A stretch of DNA of 64,000 nucleotides from Nemertoderma westbladi (Eukaryota > Animalia > Xenacoelomorpha): NCBI GenBank assembly GCA_032718475.1, contig JAUCBJ010007175.1, positions 1 to 64,000 on the forward strand, written 5' to 3'. The notes beneath the pieces were generated by a model that was not told where the DNA came from, did not search any database, and saw only the letters and a list, made by a program, of their open reading frames with translations. Both the position numbers and the translations under genes were made by a program. Below are positions 50,801 through 59,800 of this stretch, piece after piece. How positions within the stretch are numbered: the first letter of the stretch is position 1; every line of letters starts with the position of its first letter.

Positions 50801-53800
50801 AAAAATATAATTACGTATTGCTTGAGAAAAAAACGTAGAACATTTTTTTTCAATATTCCCTCGACCCTTTATTAACCTCGTTGTAGCTCGGTAAATAAAA
50901 TGCCTCGAGAATAATGAAAAAAGTTATACTTTTTTTCCCAGGTAATAAATAATTTTTTCTCCACGAACCCTTCGAAAAAAACCATCGATTACCAATAAAT
51001 TAATTAAATTAAACATTATCAAAAATAATTTATACCGCATTTATATCAAAAAGCCATCTGACGACAATTTTACGACCTTCAAAAGATTTAGAAAAAACTG
51101 ACATCACTTCTACGAACAGCTGAAAAAACCTACTACGCAAAAAAATGTGAAGATAACTCAGGAAACATGAGAAAAATGTGGATGATTATAAATAGTGCAC
51201 TAAATAAATCCAACAAACTCTCCATACCAAAACAGATTACAATTCGCACTGGCGATTCATAGGACCCAACCCAGTGAAATCCCCCGTTCTACCCGCTCCC
51301 CAATACGTTTTGTAAATCACTCCAATCCGAAGTCTTTCGTAATTACAGAAACAATACCAGTAGAAGTAGAATACCGTCTCCTTCAACTCAATCCTAATTC
51401 TGCTACTAATTTTCCTTTATCAAATTGCTTACGGTTTCCGCTAAACCCCTATCTATCCAACTAAGCTTATTAACTTATCTTTTTCCATAGGCTTCTTCCC
51501 GGATTCCTTGCTGGAGTGACTACCGTCCTATCTCCTTATTGTCGGTTATCTCTAAAATTTTCGAATCAATTATAAATTCACAACTTATTTCATACTTGTC
51601 TAAAATTTAAAATTATTTCTTCATCTCAATTCGGATTCAGGCCAAAAAGAACCACAACCCTCGCACATTTATCTTTTAAGAAAAAATTATTAACGCCCCC
51701 GATTTCAAACAATTTTACTCACGCATTTTACGCACTGTATACATCGACCTAACAAAAGCTTTTGATAGATTAAATTTATCAGTCTTATTAAAGAAACTCA
51801 AACCTTTTGGGATAAGAGGAGTGCCACTTAAACTTTTAGATAGTTTTCTTACTTCCAGATACCAGTTTGTACAATTAGGGCAAATTATATCCTCACTACA
51901 ACCCCTACTCTGTGGAGTTCCTAAAGGGTCTATTGTCTCACCAACTATTTTTACTCTATATAAACGACCTCCCTAACTCTACCAAACTATTCTCTACTTT
52001 GTTCGCTGATGATACCACTCTTCTACTTTCTGATAAACTTACCTCACGCACCCAACCTTATCTCAGAATTAAATTTAATACTTAGATAATATTATAACTT
52101 ATAATATTTTATTCTATCTAACTGGCTCACTAATAATAGTCTAACATTAAACCTAACAAAAACAGAAGCTACATTCTTCTCTACCACCCATAATGTGTGT
52201 GACCTTCCTAACCTATACATAAACTATAAAGCTATAAAATATACCGATAGCAGCAATAAAGTACTAGGAGTTTGGAGACAAAAATGTAACGTGGAAAACT
52301 TGTGTACCAACTACGTTCTTAAAAAAATATCGTAATCTACAGGTATATTTTATAAACTCAGATATGTCTTTCCTTCACATATTCTACGGCAACTGTACTA
52401 CTCACTAGTTCATCCTTATCTACAGTACGGCATCAATCTCTGGGGCGGTATCTACTCTACTACTCTAAATCCCATCCGTGTTAAGATCAACAAAATTATC
52501 CGATACATTACCTTTAATCACAACCAATCGTCCTCCGCTCCAAATATACAAGTCATTATAGGTACTCTTCCACTCCATTTACTAAAATCGAGTTATATTG
52601 GTGTTGTAAGGGTCTAAGCCACGATTCTAAGTAAAACAAATTCCTTTTTATCATATGGCCATTTCGTGTATTAACACACGTCTTCAGTGATATAAATATC
52701 CTTTATGTCCTTTATGATCCTCCTATATCTTATCCTCCATGTCAGCCTAATCTCTTTTTTTTTTTTTTACCACTGCTCATATTTTATTCACACTTCGCAT
52801 TTTATCGATTGTTCATCCGAAAATAACCAGGCATGTACTGTACGATAGCCTCGTATAAATTAGTATCTTTTACAGTATTATTCAATTAAATTTAACCACG
52901 TACGTACTTATTTTAATATGTAAATTATGTAAACATTTTAATATATATTTATATCACTGAAGACGTGTGTTAATACACGAAATGGCCATATGATAAAAAG
53001 GAATTTGTTTTACTTAGAATCGTGGCTTAGACCCTTACAACACCAATATAACTCGATTTTAGTATGTATTCGCCGCGAACGACATCTTTCAAACTCGCTT
53101 CATATTTAAACTCCATTTACTGTATAACTATGCAACCCGGTCGGTAGCCGCAGTGTCAACTACAGGGGTTCCTTTGGTTCGACTGAACACCAGCCAGCAA
53201 TCCCTGAGTTTTCAAGGCCCTTCCATCTGGAAATCAATTCCAACTAAAAAATCTTTCTCTAAACATTTAAAAGCTCATCTACTTGACGGTCACGGCCCTA
53301 AACCGATTAGGTTCTCTGTTCGCAGAACACCGAACACTATTCCGGCCACGGAACTAGTCCAGCAGAATGCCTTTATAGAATCCTGGGATTTGGGGGACGA
53401 GAGGATCTCAGCAACTAAGCGAAAACGAACAATAGGATGTTCCTAGACCCCCCCCCAAAATTTATCCAGAAGACTTTTCGCCATACATAATATGTTAAAA
53501 AAGTCTACGGTTCTCCGGCTAGGACCAATTTGAGTCAAAAAGTCCGCTTCCCTAGCAACCACGTTGCTATGGAGATAAGTCCAGAACCGCTAATGCTACG
53601 GACTTGGGACCGGCGCCAATCGATAGGCAGCATATGGGTTTACCTTCAAGAGATTTTTTTTGGAGCGATCAGATGATGATCTTGACCATGATCAGCAAAG
53701 ATCAGTTTTGATCAGCAATCGGACACTCAAGGCTTGCTCCAATCGAAAAACTTAACATTACAAAAAGATTCAGCGACCCCACATTAGTCATGATTCCCGT

Positions 53801-56800
53801 TAAAAGATTTTAAAAAAAGTGAATTCTTCCCGGTCAAAACGCAAGATCATGATCGCGCAAAGATCGGACTTCGTAAAATCGTAACTAAGCATTTTGGATA
53901 TAAACAATTACTGTAGGAAACGTTCAGAACACCGCCCTGAGTCGATTAAAAAAAAAATTGGCTCGATCGGACAACCGGTTCTCGAGATCTGATACCTGAT
54001 CATTAAAGATCATATTTTTCGGTTTTTTCCAATTTTCTCGAAAACTTTGTTTGAGACCCCCGATTTTTTTTTTACGAATCGACTTCTATGATGAAGGGGC
54101 AACTTTTGAGCATTTCGAAATTTTCAAAAAGCGATTTGATCAGGCCGCGATCAGAAAAGATCGTGTTTTTGGTTTTATTTCGAAGACCAAGTCCTGGGAG
54201 TTCACCGTATGGAAAAACTTAACATCACAAAAAGATTCCTCACCCTCGAATTATGGGGGTAGCCAAAATTTGGGCATAAAAAAGTTCAAGTCTAGTGGGT
54301 CAAAACTCAAGATCATGATCGCCAAAAGATCAGTATATTTAAAATCGAATCTAAGCATTTTTCTAATAAACATTCATTGTAAGAAATGTTCAATGGTCTA
54401 TTCTGAGTTGATTAAAAAAAAATTGGCTCGATCGGTCAACCGGTTCTCGAGATCAGCTTCCTGATCATAAAAGATCATGTTTTTCGGTTTTTCCCGATTT
54501 TCTCGAAAACTTTGTTTGAGACCCCCGATTTTTTTTTTACTAATCGACTTCTATTAAGAAGGGGCAACTTTTGGGCATTTCGAAATTTTCAAAAAGCTAT
54601 TTGATCAGGCCATGATCAGGAAAGATCATGTTTTCGGTTTTATTTCGAAGACCAAGTCCTGTGAGATCACCGTATGAAAAAACGTAACATTACAAAAAGA
54701 TTCCTCACCCTCGAATTAGGGGGGGGGGTAGCCAAAATTTGACCATAAAAAAGTTCAATTCTAGGGGGTCAAAAGATCATGATCGCAAAATGATCAGTTT
54801 TTTCGTAATTACTTCTGACCATTTTGGGGCAAAACTTTCAAACTAAAAAACATTCACTGGAGTGTTCTAAGTAGATTTAAAAAAATTTCGACTCAATAGG
54901 CCTACCGGTACCGGAGATATGGTCGTCCAAAGTCTGCTTCCGGTAATTCGAAAATATTTCGAAAACCCTTGATCGAATTTTTTCCTTGAAAATATGTGAA
55001 TGTACAGTTAGTGGACCCGCATCTAACGATATATCACAATCCATATTTCGGATGACAGGTACCGGTGAAATCAGACTTTACCGAAAAAAATTCAAATTTT
55101 AGCTACTCATGTCTGACTATCTCGAAAACTATAATAGGTATGGAAATACTTTCACTGCAAGAAATGTTCGCCTATCCAATGCGCTTCTAACTCTGTGCTC
55201 GGATTTTGCATAGTGTCAAAACCTACAACTTAACCCCCCCAGCGGAGGGAACGGAGTGACCGGAGCGCCAGTACTATCTTTCATTATTATGAAGTAATAA
55301 GGGCGGTGGGTGGGGTAGGTGGTGATCACTATTTATAGGGTGGAGGGAGGGTCTAGTATATTACTTTAGGATATTTGATTTCTTTGCAATATAGTTTAGC
55401 TGCCTCAGTCTTATTTGTAATATGTTATACATTATACCAAATTATATCAAGTTTTAACATACTACATTGTCTACCTGTAGGAGAAATATACAATGTAGGG
55501 CTCATAATATATTTATAAATAGATTTAGTATATTTACATTGTATAACAGAGTTAATTGATACTATTACGGTATTATACTAAAGACGCCGCTTTGATATAT
55601 CTGATCAAATGGCAATTTCTTGTATATTATCTATTTAAACTATCTTGGGTATATCATTCAATTTCTAAAACTATAATAATAAACATTTACTTTACTTCTT
55701 GTTTACTCGCATGGATATATTGATATAAAACACTTCAGTATAATATCTTATAGGGCCAAACGCAGATTAATCGGAATAATATGTTTAATTATTATTACAA
55801 TTGGCACATTGAAGTAAGTAGTACATGAGTTTGATAAAATAATTAGGAACCGAGAGGTTCATTACTGTAAGAATTGCTCGAGACTGGCTGACTGACTGAC
55901 TGATCTACAGCCAAAACTACTCTAACGATTTTGATGAAATTTTCACAGCATCTAGATACCGCGATTCTAAGGTCCCTGGTATGTTCCGCTATTTCGTCCA
56001 TGAGCCGTGGGCTCGAAAAATAGACATAAACGAAAAAACGCCATAGGCGCAATGGTAAAATAACACCAATGACAGCTGGTGTCCTGATGAAAAATGGTTT
56101 ATGTAATGCATTTCTACACAAGGCTTAGTAATAAATCGGTGAGGTTGCCAAGATTATTATACTTAGTACACCCATACTGTTTGTTTAGGCCCTGCACTCT
56201 CTGTCAAAGCAAACATTGACTGGTGGTTGGTTTAGTTTGAAATCTATTATCGCCTCAGCTGAATTACTCTTCCCAATGCAATCTATGGGAATATCTCACT
56301 CTGCTAATGTAAGCTGAATGACAGTTACGTAGACAGTGAGTTGGCTACATTAATGCCAACATTATTGCAAAATGTTTTTTTGTTGGATTACTCTCTGTCA
56401 GTCTCCCCTTCAGAACATTGTATAGGGAATTTACTTTAGTTTACTCTACTGTGCCATTCAGCTGAATGGATTTGAGCGATTGCCAAGTTACAGAGTTGGA
56501 TCATTCTCTCACCATAGGCAAAGACAAATCTTTTTAAAAATATAATTTTTCCATGTTTTTTTTTCTGACCAAAAATTTCAAAAAAAATTTTTCGTAGACA
56601 GTACTGCCAATCGATTCGCCATCAAAAATAACGCAAAAAATTTTTTTTGCAAAATTTTAAATTACTGTAAATTTTTGGCGACTGGGGGGGGTCAATTTTT
56701 TTCGATCCGCTATAACTCCGGAACGCTTTGTCCAAATTCGATGGGGTTTTTATTTTTCAACTTAATTCGATGTCCTCATTCAGTCTATCCATGTTTCGAA

Positions 56801-59800
56801 ACCCCAAACAGCGCCGTTCAAAATTTAATTTTTTCTAGTTCTAGAATTTTACAAATTTCAAAAAAGTTGCAGTATTTTATTAACGCCTTTACGGAATTCG
56901 ATAGCGTTTTCTATTCTTATATTAAACGCAATATCCTGAATCTCACTAGCCTAGTTTCGCGTCACCAACGCCAAGACTTCATACTTTTTGAAGAAAATTT
57001 TTCTAGAATAATTTTTATTTAATTACATTTATCGCGATTTCTTATTACTGGTTGCACATGAATTGATGGAGTTTTCAATTTATTAACTAAACGCGATATC
57101 GCGCATCGCACCAGCGTGGTTTCGAAATTCCAAAACGAGGTCTTCACTAGTTGCAGGTCGATTTTGTTCTAGAATTGAGTAACTAATAATAGATCGAATT
57201 TATTAATAATTATTGTATGAAATATGATTGTATTTTTACATAATTATTAGTTCTATAATAATTCTCGTTGTCTCTTTTATTTGAAATAAAAAGTCGGTTC
57301 CTTATCGGGCCGCTAGGCCCGTCACTAGTTATGAATCTGTATCTTATTCTACTTTGTCTATATGATTATGTTATATAATAATGTTACTTTATCACTTTGG
57401 TTTAAACCGATCTCCTTTACTATTACTTACTACTTATACTACTACTACTACTACTACTATTACTACTACTGCTACTGACTACTACAGAGTTATATATTAT
57501 AAGAGGATGGGGTTCGTGATTATTAGTTATTATACAAGTGCCCCTCGGCTATAGAGAGTCCACCCTCGGTTGCTTACTGGATTCGCTTAATTTTTTAAAT
57601 GTTAATTTCATTGACTTCTTATATAGATAGGTAACGATTCTTAACACTCTTAAATTGTCCTAACAATAGTAGCACCCCACGCCCCCCCCCCCCCCCCTTC
57701 CCCCAACAATACTGTACAATATAATTGTATATTATATTAGGTCGCCTATGACACAGTTAATTCGATATTCACCGATGTTAATATAACCTACGAAAAGTTT
57801 AGGATTATGTTTGAAAACGCACAAAAATTATTGCATGTTGATGTCAAACTTGTTACAGCCGAACAGGTGAGTTATATTATTAAAATCCAACAAATTTCAC
57901 AATATTGGATTCACTACGAGGCCTTTTACGAGTCATTATATCACAAGGGCATTCGAAAAACATTTGTTCAGGAGACACTAAAAACCTTTAAAAGTATTTT
58001 TTCACCTTAAGGTACCTTTTCGCTTTCACAGCCACATTTATTGGTTCAACCAAATTAAATTTATTTGGTATCTTCTGAAAGCTCTTTATCAGTTCTATCG
58101 CATAGTACTTGATATGCTAGGATCGATATAAGTTGGTGGCATTAATGGCACAATCAAATGCCATTTTGCATTTTGTAAATTTCCTTTACATGAATTCACA
58201 CAAAAGCCCTTTTTACACCCAAAAATTTGCCGAAAAAATCGCTATATTTTTGGACATAAATCAAATCAGACTTTAATATTTCTCCAGAAAGTGGAGGACA
58301 TTAATATTTCTCCAGAAAGTGGATGTTAATATAAATCGTAAAAAGCCGTTAATATTAGTATTATTAGTAATATATTATAATTATTAGTAATATTAGTATA
58401 TGTGTGGATGTAGGCTGTAGTAGATGGGTGGAAACAGGGTTTCAATCACACAAAACCTGCTGTCCCTAAAAATAAAACCTGGATTAGATGTATGTGAAAC
58501 AGGGGTTCATTCACAAAAAACCTGCGGTTCTGAAATATAAAACATGGTTTGTAATTTTGGATATGTAAAACAAATAATTAAGGGTTAATAATGTATAAAA
58601 AATACATGGTTTTAATTAACCAAAACCCCTAGTTTCAAATATTAATAAACCCCAGGTTTTATCGCACTAATTTACGACTGTTTTTATCATAAAACCGGCA
58701 TTTTATTTGTTTAAAAACCGCAATCTTTATTGAATAAAATCCCAGGTTTATCAGTTAACATTATTAAATATATATATATTAAATGTATAAAAAACTGTGG
58801 TTTTCACAACCCAGAAACTCTACTTTCAAAGAATTTACAAACCCCAAGTTTTAACAGTAATTAAAAATAGATTTATTTCCAAAAACCCCGTTTTTATTTC
58901 ATTAATTATGTGTTTATTATTGGGTTAAACCCGGGTTTGTCACTGATTAGAAAACCATCATCATGTGATTTAATGCCGGTGGTTTTTTTTCTCAGTGAAA
59001 CTAGGGTTTTTTGAGAAACCAGTAGTTAGATAAAAAAATTATAAAAGTTTTATAATTATTTTAAAAGTGATTGCAACTAACCCTTATGTCAATACCACTC
59101 AAATTAATAGTATAAATCGTTAATTTGATACATTTTTTTTTTCGAAATCGGAAGTTCCAAATTGAAAACCTATGTTATAATTTACAACCTAGGGTGAAAA
59201 TCACAAATACAGGTTTGGTTTTTTCAGTGTAGACTTAAGATTAATAAATCCCTTCTAACGCTGAAGGGCAATATGTAATCTGTTCTTGGATATTTGTAAA
59301 CTGTAGCATACACGTACTGTTCAGTAGCCTAACGAGCATAAATGTATTTTGTACATAAAAGTTCTGCATTTCAGGAATTAAATTCATAATAAGAAATATT
59401 TAATTACCTCCAATAACATTTTAACTCATTTTCTCCTGTAGATAATAGAGCTGGCGGAGGAAGCATTAAACCGCTCTATTGACATTTCGCCAGAAGTGTT
59501 GGCCAATCTTTCAGCGAGTATTAACGAGACCGTGTCTGCCTTGGAGAACATTGACGATATTCTTATTGCAACAGAAACAAACATATCGGTTAGAAAAGCA
59601 ATAGGGCTTAAAAGTTGGATTACAAACCGAATACATTAGGGAAAAGTGTTTGTCCAAAACCAATATTTACTTCTTCTATTTAAATAATTTATTAGCACCA
59701 TATCTCACGCTGGTCGGGTGGTGATATTTACGAGACTGCACAAGTTCGAGTGACCCCCGGATTCTATATAACGAGAGCTTTAATGTGAAATACGGTGTAC

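Larger units (their letters stand above)
49000..55700 (+). mobile_element. Old degenerate CR1/L2-group LINE with nested insertions; coding remnants end at about 53290
   Basis: SIFNLNCRSL, TET, RGG, QFGFRP, IDLTKAFD, GVPKGSIVSP, FADDTT, HPYLQYG remnants with many frameshifts; AATAAACATTTACTTTACTT at about 55680 may be the 3' end (boundary uncertain). Confidence 0.8.
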
